From an uncultured delta proteobacterium (GTDB taxonomy: Bacteria > Desulfobacterota > Desulfomonilia > UBA1062): a stretch of DNA of 64,000 nucleotides. Shown here piece after piece: positions 32,481 to 42,663 of this stretch. The position numbers and the translations under genes are program-made. Location: positions 10,061 through 74,060 of the forward strand of contig CAWCTR010000010.1 in the NCBI GenBank assembly GCA_963798485.1, in the 5' to 3' direction. The number at the start of each line of letters is the position of its first letter. Positions within the stretch are counted from its first letter, which is position 1. Under the pieces are notes generated by a model, which was given only the letters and a program-made list of their open reading frames with translations, made no database searches and was not told the origin of the DNA.

Positions 32481-33266
32481 TCACTGGCCCACTTTTATCA
32501 GCTCGTCCGTGACTGTATTCGTCACTGTGCCGTTGGAATAAACAATTGTAGAGTTAGAGACTTTCTTCACAAGCCCTGTACCTTTGCCGTACCATGAGGT
32601 TGCTGAGGTATCGCTGGTTTTGGTCTGACTATTCAGGGTAAAGGTGCAGGTAAATGATTCCAGGGTCTTTATGGTCTCGTATATACCGGCAGTAACTGTT
32701 ACATTCTCAACTCCAAGGACCTTGATAGTATATTCAGTGGTCATGCTACCGAGCTTTTCGCCAAATATGCCCTGATCCGGGTCGGAATTGAGGAGATCCT
32801 CTGTACTGGATTGTGAATATTCCTCGCCAACAATCCAATCCGAGGGTACATTGCCGGTTAGGGTGGTGTGAACGGGCTCGTTACTGGTGAATATACTGAA
32901 ATTATCGCTGATAACGGCATTACCGGCAGGGCTTTTATACGTAACGGTATTGGGTGTGCCATTTATCGTAAGTGTCTCAATAGAATATGGTCCTGCAATA
33001 GCACCGGAATATCCATATTGACTGGGGATCGTGGCAATAGGAGTCGGTTCATAGCTATATACTAAGGTGGATGTCTGCGAACTCTGTTGTCCCCCTATTG
33101 TATCCACCTCTGTCTCCGTGAAGGTGTAGGTCTTGTTCATGTCATCGCTGAGATAATCCGGGGAATAGATTGTCTCGGCCCCTCCACCGCTAGTCCCGCC
33201 TCCACCACCGCAGGCAAAGAGGATGATCCCGATCAGGATAGAGAGGAGGAAGGTGCGGTTTTTCAT
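32481..33266 (-). CDS. Lipoprotein, Thr/Ser-rich, function unknown
   Basis: MKNRTFLLSILIGIILFACGGGGG lipobox. Confidence 0.7.
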   Translation of the reverse strand: MKNRTFLLSILIGIILFACGGGGGTSGGGAETIYSPDYLSDDMNKTYTFTETEVDTIGGQQSSQTSTLVYSYEPTPIATIPSQYGYSGAIAGPYSIETLTINGTPNTVTYKSPAGNAVISDNFSIFTSNEPVHTTLTGNVPSDWIVGEEYSQSSTEDLLNSDPDQGIFGEKLGSMTTEYTIKVLGVENVTVTAGIYETIKTLESFTCTFTLNSQTKTSDTSATSWYGKGTGLVKKVSNSTIVYSNGTVTNTVTDELIKVGQ

Positions 33267-33393
33267 AGTTGTTCCCCTTGAGAATGACATAGTCTCTTCA
33301 TCGTCATTAAGGAGGTAAAACATGACAGGGACAAAGCGTCAGGTGTTATTAGTTTAAGTTCTCTAACAAGGATTTGATTCCTCGCAGAATGCC

Positions 33394-34185
33394 TCAGGTG
33401 ACCTTTGCCCTGGCAATAATCCGGTTGAAGATGCCGGGCACAAAACGGTTAAGATATACACCGAGCAGTTCTTTTCCCCCAATGAGTACCTCGTCTTTGC
33501 CTTGTTCTACGGCCTGGATTATCTTCTCGGCGCATACCTCAGGCGTCATTCCGTCGGCCTGGGCGTCATCCATGACCCCGTGACAGGACCCGTCTGCACA
33601 CAGGGCGTTTATTGAGATATTGGTGCGGATAAATCCCGGGCATACGATGAGGACCTTGATGCCCTTTGCAGATAACTCGGCGCGCAAGGAGTCAAAGAAA
33701 CCGTGTAATGCGTGCTTGGATGCGGAATAAGTCGAGCGCAAGGGCGTACCCAATTTGCCCACCAGGCTGCTGATGACAATGATATGGCCGGAACCTCTTT
33801 CGAGCATGGACGGCAGGACTGACTTGGTTAAGGCCACCGTACCGAAGAAGTTGGTCTCCATGATCCTACGGTCAGTATCAAGGCTGGTCTGGAGGGCAAA
33901 TGACCGCTGAGATATGCCGCCGTTGTTGATGAGCATGTCTATGCGGCCGAATTTATCAAGAACGGTTCGGACGGAATCGGAATATATCGAGGAATCGGCA
34001 AGGTCCAAAGGGAGCACGAGGTGATGTTCAGGGGATGAACACCGGTCTTTCACCTCATTCAACCTTTTTGTGTTGCGTGCAGAAACAATGAGATGCGCAC
34101 CCTTGCCGGCAAAGGCATAGGCCATGGCCTCGCCTATCCCTGAAGATGCCCCCGTGATCCAGATGACTTTATCGTTGAAAGACAT
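33394..34185 (-). CDS. Short-chain dehydrogenase/reductase (SDR)
   Basis: TGASSGIGEA, NNGG, YSASKHAL. Confidence 0.95.
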   Translation of the reverse strand: MSFNDKVIWITGASSGIGEAMAYAFAGKGAHLIVSARNTKRLNEVKDRCSSPEHHLVLPLDLADSSIYSDSVRTVLDKFGRIDMLINNGGISQRSFALQTSLDTDRRIMETNFFGTVALTKSVLPSMLERGSGHIIVISSLVGKLGTPLRSTYSASKHALHGFFDSLRAELSAKGIKVLIVCPGFIRTNISINALCADGSCHGVMDDAQADGMTPEVCAEKIIQAVEQGKDEVLIGGKELLGVYLNRFVPGIFNRIIARAKVT

Positions 34186-34211
34186 GGACTGGCCTCCTTT
34201 TATCGAGATCC

Positions 34212-34502
34212 TTACTTGTCTGATTCTTTTTCTCCCTGAGTGCCCTTACCCTCGCTGGCGGTATCACCTTTTGTTTCTTTATCCATTTTAAGCAGGCGCC
34301 TGGCCTCTTCCTTCATGGCCTGGTCGATGTTTTTCTTCATCTCTTCACCCTTTTTAACCGCCTCGCCGCCCATAGCCTTATTAATGGTGTCGGCGATCGT
34401 CTTTTTTGCATCGCTGCCGTCGCAGGCTGCAAAGATAAGGGCACAGATACAGGCAAGGACCACAATCATATAGGGAAAAGTCTTTCCGAACAGGTCTTTC
34501 AT
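34212..34502 (-). CDS. Small Lys/Glu-rich lipoprotein
   Basis: MIVVLACICALIFAAC lipobox-like N-terminus. Confidence 0.55.
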   Translation of the reverse strand: MKDLFGKTFPYMIVVLACICALIFAACDGSDAKKTIADTINKAMGGEAVKKGEEMKKNIDQAMKEEARRLLKMDKETKGDTASEGKGTQGEKESDK

Positions 34503-34543
34503 GCTTACCTCCCTTGTCGCTTGGTTTTCAAAGATTCAATTTT

Positions 34544-34906
34544 TTACCTGGACTGTCCGAATTCATCGAGGACCCTTTTGATCTGCACCGGGTCCACCTC
34601 CCGCATAATGACGCCGATATACTGCTTCTGTCTTCGCCTGGCCCCATGGGTACTCATTTTTTTCATGGATATGACTGCATCTACGAGTTCATGTGGGATG
34701 CCGGCATTCTTTAAATAGGCATTAGGCAGGGTCACGAGCTGTTCTCCAAGCTTCTGCAGCTCCATCATCTCCTTTTTGAGCCTCGTCTTGCTCTTTGGTG
34801 CTTCCAGCTCAGGCGGCATCTGTTCATGAATGGGATCGTATTCGCGTTTCACGGTAATTGCTTCCTCTTTTATCCGGTCAGGATATCCTTCTGCCTCTTC
34901 TTGCAT
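34544..34906 (-). CDS. YjgA/DUF615-like ribosome-associated protein (short form)
   Basis: KSKTRLKKEMMELQKLGEQLVTL ... HGARRRQKQYIGVIMREVDPVQIKRVLD parallels the first half of E. coli YjgA. The start is uncertain, and the ORF overlaps the ygiQ 3' end. Confidence 0.6.
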   Translation of the reverse strand: MQEEAEGYPDRIKEEAITVKREYDPIHEQMPPELEAPKSKTRLKKEMMELQKLGEQLVTLPNAYLKNAGIPHELVDAVISMKKMSTHGARRRQKQYIGVIMREVDPVQIKRVLDEFGQSR

Positions 34907-36552
34907 ACCGGGTCTTTTTCTACAAATATCTTTTCACCGGTGAATGGGTCCAACCCTGTGTAGTACATGAGGGTGGAGTAGGTGGATGGGGTGGGAGTGA
35001 AGATCTGCACCTGTTCAGGGTTCAGCTTAAGGTTCTTATCAACAAAAGATCTGAGCCCTTTCATGTCCATTTCGGTGCAGCCCGGATGCGCTACGAGGAA
35101 GTAATAGGTGAGAAACTGCTTCTTGCCTTTCTGGCCTGAAACCTTCAAGAAACGATTCCTGAAATCAAGCAGCGTGGCCATGCCCGCCTTGCCCATCTTG
35201 CTAAGCACACCCTGAACAGTATGTTCGGGCGCCAGTTTCATCTGTCCGGACACATGATGTTCTGCAAGCTCTCTCAAATAGGCATCCCCATAGTGTTTGT
35301 CTGCGCATACCAGGTCATGACGGATGCCTGAGCTCACAAATGCCTTTTTAATGCCCGGGATAGCCCTGAGTCTTTCTAAGAGATGTTGCTGCCGGTTATG
35401 ATTTATGCCCAGATGGGTGCAAATATCCGGGTACAGGCATCTCCGGCGGCTGCATATACCTCTGTGCTTGTTCACTGTGCATGCAAATCCATACATGTTC
35501 GCTGTCGGCCCCCCCACATCTTGTATGTAACCCTTGAACTTGGGGTGTGATGTAAGCCTTTTGGCCTCGGCAATGATGGATACTTCGCTGCGGGAGATCA
35601 CGCATGTGCCTTCATGCATGGAGATAGCGCAGAAGTTGCATTGACCCAAGCAGCCCCTGTGGGTGGTGATGGAAAACCGTATGGTTTCTATTGCCTTCAC
35701 CTCGCCAAGGGCTTGTTCGTGAGGGTGCACCTCCCGCTCAAAATCGAGCTCATAGACAGAGTCCAGTTCATTCTCTGTCAAAAGAGGCCACGGCTTATTA
35801 TGAACCAGGTATCGGTCGCCATGTCTCTGGCAGACGTTGTTGCCTGTGAGGGGGTCGTTATTCTGGTAGAAGCAGTGGAACATCTCGATGAAGGCGTTCA
35901 CGTCCTTTACAACATCTTCGTATGAGGGCAGTTCGATTGCGTCTTGGGGCTTATCTCTACTGATGAAGCAGATGCCCCTCATATCCTTGTAGCCTTCACC
36001 CGAACTCAAAGCGCGGGCCAGTTCTACGACCGGGTACTCCCCCATGCCGTAGACCAGGATGTCGGCCTTTGCATCGAAGAGGATGGAGCGCCTGATACTG
36101 TCCGACCAGAAATCATAGTGCGCAATGCGTCGCAGGCTTGCCTCGATTCCGCCGAGCACGAGGGGTTTCTTTTTTTTTGAGCATTGCCTGATGAGGTTTG
36201 CATATACGATAACCGCCCTATCCGGCCTTTTTGTGTTCAAACCTCCAGGGGTATAGTCATCGGATTTCCGTCTTTTTTTTAAAGGGGTGTAATTGGCCAC
36301 CATGGAGTCGATGCTGCCACCGGTAATGCCCCAGAACAATGCCGGCTCCCCGAGCCTCATGATGTCAATCGAAGACGTGGTGTCCGGCTGGGATATGATA
36401 CCCACGCGGTACCCAGCCTTGAGCAGTGCCTTGCCTACCACCGCGACCCCGATATGGGGGCTGTCGATGTAGGCGTCTCCGGTGACCAGGATGACATCGA
36501 GTCCGTCCCAGCCAAGGGTCTTCATTTCCTGAATGGTTGTAGGGAGAAACAT
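34870..36552 (-). CDS. ygiQ: YgiQ-family (UPF0313) radical SAM protein
   Basis: MFLPTTIQEMKTLGWDGLDVILVTGDAYIDSPHIGVAVVGK. Radical SAM motif CLGQCNFC. Confidence 0.9.
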   Translation of the reverse strand: MFLPTTIQEMKTLGWDGLDVILVTGDAYIDSPHIGVAVVGKALLKAGYRVGIISQPDTTSSIDIMRLGEPALFWGITGGSIDSMVANYTPLKKRRKSDDYTPGGLNTKRPDRAVIVYANLIRQCSKKKKPLVLGGIEASLRRIAHYDFWSDSIRRSILFDAKADILVYGMGEYPVVELARALSSGEGYKDMRGICFISRDKPQDAIELPSYEDVVKDVNAFIEMFHCFYQNNDPLTGNNVCQRHGDRYLVHNKPWPLLTENELDSVYELDFEREVHPHEQALGEVKAIETIRFSITTHRGCLGQCNFCAISMHEGTCVISRSEVSIIAEAKRLTSHPKFKGYIQDVGGPTANMYGFACTVNKHRGICSRRRCLYPDICTHLGINHNRQQHLLERLRAIPGIKKAFVSSGIRHDLVCADKHYGDAYLRELAEHHVSGQMKLAPEHTVQGVLSKMGKAGMATLLDFRNRFLKVSGQKGKKQFLTYYFLVAHPGCTEMDMKGLRSFVDKNLKLNPEQVQIFTPTPSTYSTLMYYTGLDPFTGEKIFVEKDPVCKKRQKDILTG

Positions 36553-36590
36553 ATGATTGCGCTAAAGGATAGCACAGGGGCCTTAATTTC

Positions 36591-37466
36591 TCAAACCAAG
36601 TGGAAGAGTGCCCAGTCCGAGGTAAGCTCCATCACGACATTTTTATTTCTGTCCATATGCCCCAAATGGCCATTGCCCGGGACGATGCAGATATGTTTTA
36701 CGCACCTCAGCGCGCCAAAGAGCAGGTGTGCTGTCTCAACAGGGTCCACCTTATCATCCTCACCATGGATGACGAGCGTGGGGACTGTTATCAGGTGAAC
36801 CCGTTTTAGGGTATCCACAATGAGTGAGGGGGTGGCACCCGGGACAGGGAAGGCAGACCACATTTCCAAGACCCTTGGGTTTTCCTTCCACCTTCGATTG
36901 ACTTGTGGGTCTGATGCCACCTCTACCTTCGAAAATGGCCCCACCATAGAGAGCCTCAGATCCTCTTTCGTGATAAGGCGTTTGATCCTTCCGAGGACAT
37001 CAAGGATATTCATCCCGAGATGTTCTGCCCGGGACAATGTATTTCTCACGGTAGCATCCAAGGTAATGATACAGTGTATCCTGCTGTCGAGGAGTGCCGC
37101 CTCGAGAACGGCCGTCCCCCCTGAAGAGAGGCCGAAGACGCCGATGGAGTTTCCATTAATCTCCGGCATCTGTTCGAGGAAGTCTATGGCGCACCTGATA
37201 TCCTTTACCCAGTCTTTGATATTGACGTGAAAGCGCTTCCCCCCGCTTGCACCATGACCATGCATGTCTATGGCCAGGGAGGCAATGCCTTTGCCTGCAA
37301 GGTATTCGCAGAGATCGAAGTAGTTTTCCTTGAAGTCCAGTGCCCCATGGCAAATGATGAGCGCCGGTAACGGTATGTCTGCGTCCGGAATAAACATGGT
37401 TCCGGAGATTGTATCAGGGCCTGAAAGGAATGATACATCAGTTCTGCGCATGAGCTTCATCGTCAA
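36591..37466 (-). CDS. Alpha/beta hydrolase
   Basis: HG oxyanion region ALIICHGAL, nucleophile elbow GLSSGG, C-terminal GNGHLGH. Confidence 0.85.
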   Translation of the reverse strand: MTMKLMRRTDVSFLSGPDTISGTMFIPDADIPLPALIICHGALDFKENYFDLCEYLAGKGIASLAIDMHGHGASGGKRFHVNIKDWVKDIRCAIDFLEQMPEINGNSIGVFGLSSGGTAVLEAALLDSRIHCIITLDATVRNTLSRAEHLGMNILDVLGRIKRLITKEDLRLSMVGPFSKVEVASDPQVNRRWKENPRVLEMWSAFPVPGATPSLIVDTLKRVHLITVPTLVIHGEDDKVDPVETAHLLFGALRCVKHICIVPGNGHLGHMDRNKNVVMELTSDWALFHLV

Positions 37467-37527
37467 TCACCGGTATGAGGGCAGGTGAATATATATTAGA
37501 TCCGCCTGCTTCAAAGACACACTCAGA

Positions 37528-38859
37528 CTAGACCGCTGACTGGCTGGAGGTCGCAGCGCTGCTTGTGGAATTGATGTAACTCCTGATACCCTCTGCAATA
37601 GTCTGGCAGGTCCACAGACGTTTTTCATCGTTCATTTCAAGCAAGGTAATCCTGAAGCCTTTTCTATCACAGCAGAATCCGGTAAGAGGCACTACACAGA
37701 TACCCGTAGAGCCCAGGAGATAATAAACGAAGCGCTTGTCGACCTCTACCCCCTTGACCTTGTTCTCAATGTATTCCAAGGCCTTAGAGTTAGAGATGGG
37801 CAACGTCTGCCGGTTGTTCAGTGCTCCATCATCGAAGAGGACCGACATGTAGAAGGCCCCCTGGGGCTTGTTCACCCTTATCCCTTCGACTCGTGAAAAG
37901 ATATCCCATGCCTCTTGTGCCCTTTTCTCGTACATTAACCTCCTGGAAGTGAGATGCCCCTCATAGCGAGGGTCACCCATGACCAGAGGGATGGAATATT
38001 GAGGCAGGCTCGTGGAGCAGACTTCCAGCATCTTGGCATTGATGAGACTTTTGATATATCGCTTGAAATGAAGTTTATCCTGATTAAAAACCTCAATCCA
38101 CCCGCACCGGGCCCCCGGCCAGGGAAATTCCTTGGATATGCCCCGAAGGGCAATACCCGGAACGTCTGCAATAACCTCACTCAAATGGGCTGTCTCGGCG
38201 CCGCCATAGACGAGTTTGTTATAGGTCTCATCGCAGACCATAAACACCTTATAGCGTCTGGCTATCTCCACCATCTTGCGAAGAAGTTCTCTGGGGTAAA
38301 CAGCACCGGTGGGATTGTCCGGGTTAATAATGAGAATGCCTGCGATGGAGTCGTTGTATTTAATCTTATTCTCCAGATCAACAAGGTCCGGCATCCATCG
38401 GTTGTTCGGATCGAGTTCGTAGGTGAGGTGCTCATACCCCGAGTGGGCCGCCTCGGCGGAGGAATGTGTGGAATAAGCGGGAGACGGGCCGATCACCCTC
38501 GCTTCGCGTTTCAGATAGCCGAATATCTTGGCAATGGCGTCGCCGATACCGTCGAAGAAGATGATGTCATCCTTGGTTACCTGGTAGCCGCCACGTTTAT
38601 TCACCATTTCTGCGAGAAACTGGCGTGACGATGCAACACCCTGAGTGGCCACATACCCATAGGTTTTATCCTCAGAGGCCAGCTTGATAATGATATCCTT
38701 GATCCACTGGGGGATTTTCTCACCTTTGGCGATGGGGTCGCCGATGTTCTCCCAAGTGATCTCCACACCAAGCCTCTGGAGGTCTTCGGCTACGGCAACG
38801 ATCTGCCGGATTTCATAGGTGAGCTGTTCCGCTCCTTCATGTACTATATTTCTTCTCAT
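37528..38859 (-). CDS. Class I/II PLP-dependent aminotransferase (alanine-aminotransferase-like)
   Basis: INPDNPTGAVY, CDETYNKLVY, SKEFPWPGARCGW. Confidence 0.9.
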   Translation of the reverse strand: MRRNIVHEGAEQLTYEIRQIVAVAEDLQRLGVEITWENIGDPIAKGEKIPQWIKDIIIKLASEDKTYGYVATQGVASSRQFLAEMVNKRGGYQVTKDDIIFFDGIGDAIAKIFGYLKREARVIGPSPAYSTHSSAEAAHSGYEHLTYELDPNNRWMPDLVDLENKIKYNDSIAGILIINPDNPTGAVYPRELLRKMVEIARRYKVFMVCDETYNKLVYGGAETAHLSEVIADVPGIALRGISKEFPWPGARCGWIEVFNQDKLHFKRYIKSLINAKMLEVCSTSLPQYSIPLVMGDPRYEGHLTSRRLMYEKRAQEAWDIFSRVEGIRVNKPQGAFYMSVLFDDGALNNRQTLPISNSKALEYIENKVKGVEVDKRFVYYLLGSTGICVVPLTGFCCDRKGFRITLLEMNDEKRLWTCQTIAEGIRSYINSTSSAATSSQSAV

Positions 38860-39020
38860 GGTCGTTGTCTCCCCTTAGCCTGAATTTTCAGGCCGATAAG
38901 CCTATTCAGGGGGTATCTTTCTTTCGATACATAAACAAAAGACCCGGCAAATGCAATGTGTTTCTTTAAACATAATCCTCCATGTTGGTCTTCCATATGA
39001 CAGAGTATAAACAAGATTTC

Positions 39021-40469
39021 TCATGAGCGGGTAATAGATGGCAAGAGAGGCACTAAATCCTTATCAACAGAATTATTATCTTGCGAAGGAGTTGCCTTAT
39101 CCCAGAGTTCCATCTTGATAAATACATCCACACAGTCTGGACAGAGTTGGCTGCCGCTTACCTGCTGGATGATGGCCAGGGCTTGGTCCTTTGGCATACC
39201 TGCCCTGTATGGACGGTCGCTTGTAAGCGCATGGTATGTATCTCCAACAGCGGTGATTCTTGCCCAAAGAGGTATCGATGAACCCTGGAGTCCCTCCGGA
39301 TAGCCTTTCCCATCAAAACGTTCATGGTGATAGAGAACTATCGGGATGATCGGTGCAAGAGAAGGGACAGGCCTTAGAATCTCCGCACCGATGACAGGGT
39401 GTTTTTTGATAATGGCGAACTCTTCATCCGTGAGCTTGCCGGGCTTGAGCAACACGCTGTCGATAACACCGATCTTGCCAAGGTCGTGCAGTTTGCCCCC
39501 AAGCCGGATAAGCTCGATCTCCTTTTCACAGATGCCCATCTGAAATGCAATCTTGGTGGCGATATCGGATACTGCCTCAGAATGGCCCCTGGTGTAGGAA
39601 TCTCTGGCCTCCAGTGCGTTGCATAGGCTCGTAATACTTGCCAGGATAAGCCTCTGCTCGATTTCGAGACGCTCCTTCTCCTTCTGGAGGAGCAGGAGCT
39701 GGTCAGAGAGAAGTTTTTCAATCGTTATTACAAGCTGTTCAACATTAAATGGTTTCACGAGATAAGAATCAGCCCCGAGCTGGAGCATACGCCTCATAAT
39801 AGGTCGCTGGTTGTTTGCGCTCATAACCACAAAGGGTATGGTGGCGAGTACAGGGTCGGCGTGAACGGCCTGACAGAAGGCCTCGCCATTCATCTCAGGC
39901 ATGACGATGTCGCTGAGAATAAGATCGGGTTTTTTGTGCCGAAGGAGGTCTAAGGCTACTTTACCGTTTTCTGCCTGGATGATGGTAAACCCCACATCTT
40001 TGAGGCTCTTGCTGACCAGGGAACGAACCGTAAGAGAATCATCCACGACCAGTATCAAACGTCCCCTCTGGAAGGTTGCCTTGAGGAGCACGTTCCCAAT
40101 TGCATCGAGCAGGGCCTCTTTTGTCTGCGATTTTGGAATACAGGCGGTTGCCCCTGCATGATATCCTCTCTGGATGCCGTCTTCGGTATTGAGTGAGTCG
40201 AGAATGATAACGGGTATCTGTTGGGTCTTCTGGTTTGTCTTTATCTTTCTACACAGCTCGATACCGCCGATCTTGGGAAGGTCGTCCTCGGCAATCACAA
40301 GGTCGATATCCCCCGATGATATATAGCCAAATGCTTGTTCGCCATCATCGGCTAGCGTTATGAGCGCACCTGACTTACCGAGTTCTCCTGAAAGGAACCT
40401 CCGGACTACTGCACTTGAATCTGCAACGAGGATATGGATACCCTTCGGTAGGTCAAGGTTGTTCGTCAT
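39021..40469 (-). CDS. Response regulator with two receiver domains and an HD-GYP phosphodiesterase domain
   Basis: ILVADSS..DLVIAEDDLP and ILVVDDS..DLILSDIVMPEMNG receivers. HSEAVS...HDLGKI...HHERFDGKGYP. Confidence 0.9.
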   Translation of the reverse strand: MTNNLDLPKGIHILVADSSAVVRRFLSGELGKSGALITLADDGEQAFGYISSGDIDLVIAEDDLPKIGGIELCRKIKTNQKTQQIPVIILDSLNTEDGIQRGYHAGATACIPKSQTKEALLDAIGNVLLKATFQRGRLILVVDDSLTVRSLVSKSLKDVGFTIIQAENGKVALDLLRHKKPDLILSDIVMPEMNGEAFCQAVHADPVLATIPFVVMSANNQRPIMRRMLQLGADSYLVKPFNVEQLVITIEKLLSDQLLLLQKEKERLEIEQRLILASITSLCNALEARDSYTRGHSEAVSDIATKIAFQMGICEKEIELIRLGGKLHDLGKIGVIDSVLLKPGKLTDEEFAIIKKHPVIGAEILRPVPSLAPIIPIVLYHHERFDGKGYPEGLQGSSIPLWARITAVGDTYHALTSDRPYRAGMPKDQALAIIQQVSGSQLCPDCVDVFIKMELWDKATPSQDNNSVDKDLVPLLPSITRS

Positions 40470-40692
40470 ATCCTCATCTCAAAAACCTGATAAGACACTT
40501 GTTATCACTATACTTTTCATGTCAAACCTTATAGAGGCACAATTTATCCACACCTCTTTTCCCCTATCGGAAAAAAAATGCGGTTTCATGAGATAAAGTC
40601 ATTTAATGAAAAAGACTTATAAAGAGAAAGACCGCCTCTTCTTACATCCATAGAGGTCCGGCAGGCAAGTGCCCGTTGTAAGGAGTCAATGT

Positions 40693-41757
40693 TTATACAT
40701 CCCGGGGTATTGTCTGGCCTATCCTTGTCTTGAGGACGGCATGGAGAAGTGTCGCCAGAGGAATGGCAAAGACCAGGCCCCAGAAGCCCCAAAGTCCACC
40801 AAAGATAAGGATTGAGATGATGATCGCTACAGGGTGGATCTTAACGACTTTTGAGAGGAGAAGTGGTGCGATAATATTCCCGTCAAGTGCATGCAGGAAG
40901 GCATAAGCTATGATGAGATAGATCATATTTGCCCCGAGGCCCCACTGGAAAAATCCTATCATGATCGTTGGAATAAACAGGACTGCGGCGCCTATATAGG
41001 GGACCAGAACGGCCAACCCAATGAACAGTGACATGATCACTGAATATTTCAATCCGAGAAGTGCAAAGGCTGCATAATTAATACTCCATACAAAGAGTAT
41101 CTCGAGTATTTTACCCCTGAGGTAGTTGAAAAACTGCTTGTAGACCTCTTCCCACACCTTTATTGCCAATCCGCGTTCCTCTGGGAGATGTATCCGTATC
41201 CAATCTAGGATGAGTTCTTTATCCTTGAGGAAGAAGAATACGAGGAAGGGTACTAGGATCAAATAGATAATGATTCCGATTATCCCCCGGACAGAATAAA
41301 CGGATATCTGAATGATGCTCTTTCCAAGATTGTCGAACCCGGTATCCGGCAGCGCAATGACCTGGTTGATCCTCTCTTCGGAGATGACACCAGGGAATTT
41401 TTGTGGAAGGAAGAGCAACTCGCTTTTTATCCTCAATAGTATGGATGGCAGATCGTGTGCAAGCTGGCCTATCTGGTGGGAGATCAGGGGGAGCAGGATA
41501 ACCAGCAGGTCCAGGAACAGGGCCAGAAAGAGCAAAAATACAAGATAGACACCTGCTTGGCGACGCACATGATAGCGTTTTAGCCATTCAATTATGTTGT
41601 CCAACAGTAGCGCTATGATGATGGACACAAACACCGGCATGAGCATCTTGCCGAATATAAAGATAAGGAAGAATCCGACCAGGATAAAAATAATGAGGAT
41701 CATGAACTGCGGGTCAGAAAAATACTGATTATGCCATCTGCGTAGGACTTGCTTCAT
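40693..41757 (-). CDS. AI-2E family transporter (PerM/UPF0118)
   Basis: 8 TM helices. LVPYIGA..., HPVAIIISILIFGGLWGFWGLVFAIP. Confidence 0.9.
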   Translation of the reverse strand: MKQVLRRWHNQYFSDPQFMILIIFILVGFFLIFIFGKMLMPVFVSIIIALLLDNIIEWLKRYHVRRQAGVYLVFLLFLALFLDLLVILLPLISHQIGQLAHDLPSILLRIKSELLFLPQKFPGVISEERINQVIALPDTGFDNLGKSIIQISVYSVRGIIGIIIYLILVPFLVFFFLKDKELILDWIRIHLPEERGLAIKVWEEVYKQFFNYLRGKILEILFVWSINYAAFALLGLKYSVIMSLFIGLAVLVPYIGAAVLFIPTIMIGFFQWGLGANMIYLIIAYAFLHALDGNIIAPLLLSKVVKIHPVAIIISILIFGGLWGFWGLVFAIPLATLLHAVLKTRIGQTIPRDV

Positions 41758-41835
41758 TTTGCCTCAACGCTAAAAATCTCTAAGGTGATGAAAACATAAT
41801 GTAGAGTATTCAAAATTGGGAAGGGAGAATAGTAT

Positions 41836-41876
41836 GCAGAGGGCTCGGGGGCAAAGCAGCCCCTCGAGCCCTCTGC
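41836..41876 (-). terminator. GC-rich hairpin downstream of the chalcone-isomerase-like gene
   Basis: GCAGAGGGCTCGGGGGC aaagca GCCCCTCGAGCCCTCTGC (17-18 bp stem with one bulge), 16 nt past the stop at 41892. Confidence 0.6.
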
Positions 41877-41891
41877 AGGCAGTTTCAAAAC

Positions 41892-42455
41892 CTACTTGCC
41901 GAGCATAGCCTCTTTCAACGATTCCTGGGCAGGTTTGTTGCAGAGCCAGATGCCGAACAGGGCCTTTTTAAAATCAAGTCCCTGGATCGTAGAAACCATC
42001 TGCCCATTCTTATACATCTCTACACCCTTGCCGGGCACATAGACAAAATCATAGACAATGCCAGAGGCAATCTCTTTGAAGACAGCGGTAAAGGCATCAA
42101 TCTTGGCCTTGATCGGGGCGACATTCCCGCCGGTGGAGTTCTCGAAACCTTCATTGATAGCATTTTTCATCTTGTCGGCGGTTACCAGTCCGGATGTAAC
42201 CTGCAGCTTGATGGCCATAGGCTCGTCAGCATCGATGATCTTCTGGGCATCATTATCCTTCTGCTTGAGATACAGGGCTGCCACATACACCTTCATCATA
42301 AACTTGGTGCGTTTGGCGCCGCCATTGAAAACAAGATCCTGTCCTCCGGCCTTGATGGTGTCAGGCATCTTGATACCGGCCACATCTATGGCAAAAGCCG
42401 ATGTGGATAAAAAGAGCATTGCGAACAGTATGACAAAAGCTTTCCTTAGAATCAT
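41892..42455 (-). CDS. Chalcone isomerase-like family secreted protein
   Basis: Signal peptide, then GIKMPDTIKAGGQDLVFNGGAKRTKFMMKVYVAALYL. Confidence 0.8.
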   Translation of the reverse strand: MILRKAFVILFAMLFLSTSAFAIDVAGIKMPDTIKAGGQDLVFNGGAKRTKFMMKVYVAALYLKQKDNDAQKIIDADEPMAIKLQVTSGLVTADKMKNAINEGFENSTGGNVAPIKAKIDAFTAVFKEIASGIVYDFVYVPGKGVEMYKNGQMVSTIQGLDFKKALFGIWLCNKPAQESLKEAMLGK

Positions 42456-42663
42456 ATTACCCTCCTCGTTATATTGGGATTACCGCTTACGGGATAAGCG
42501 TCAACATAGCACATATGCAACGGGCTTGAGTATAGTAAACTCAATACCCATACTGCATGTATTCTTAATACCTCGATACTGCAATTATTATCAAGAAGGA
42601 AACACATGCACCTTGTTGAACGGCCCTGGTAGTTATTTCCATTCGGTTAAACCCGGGCATAGG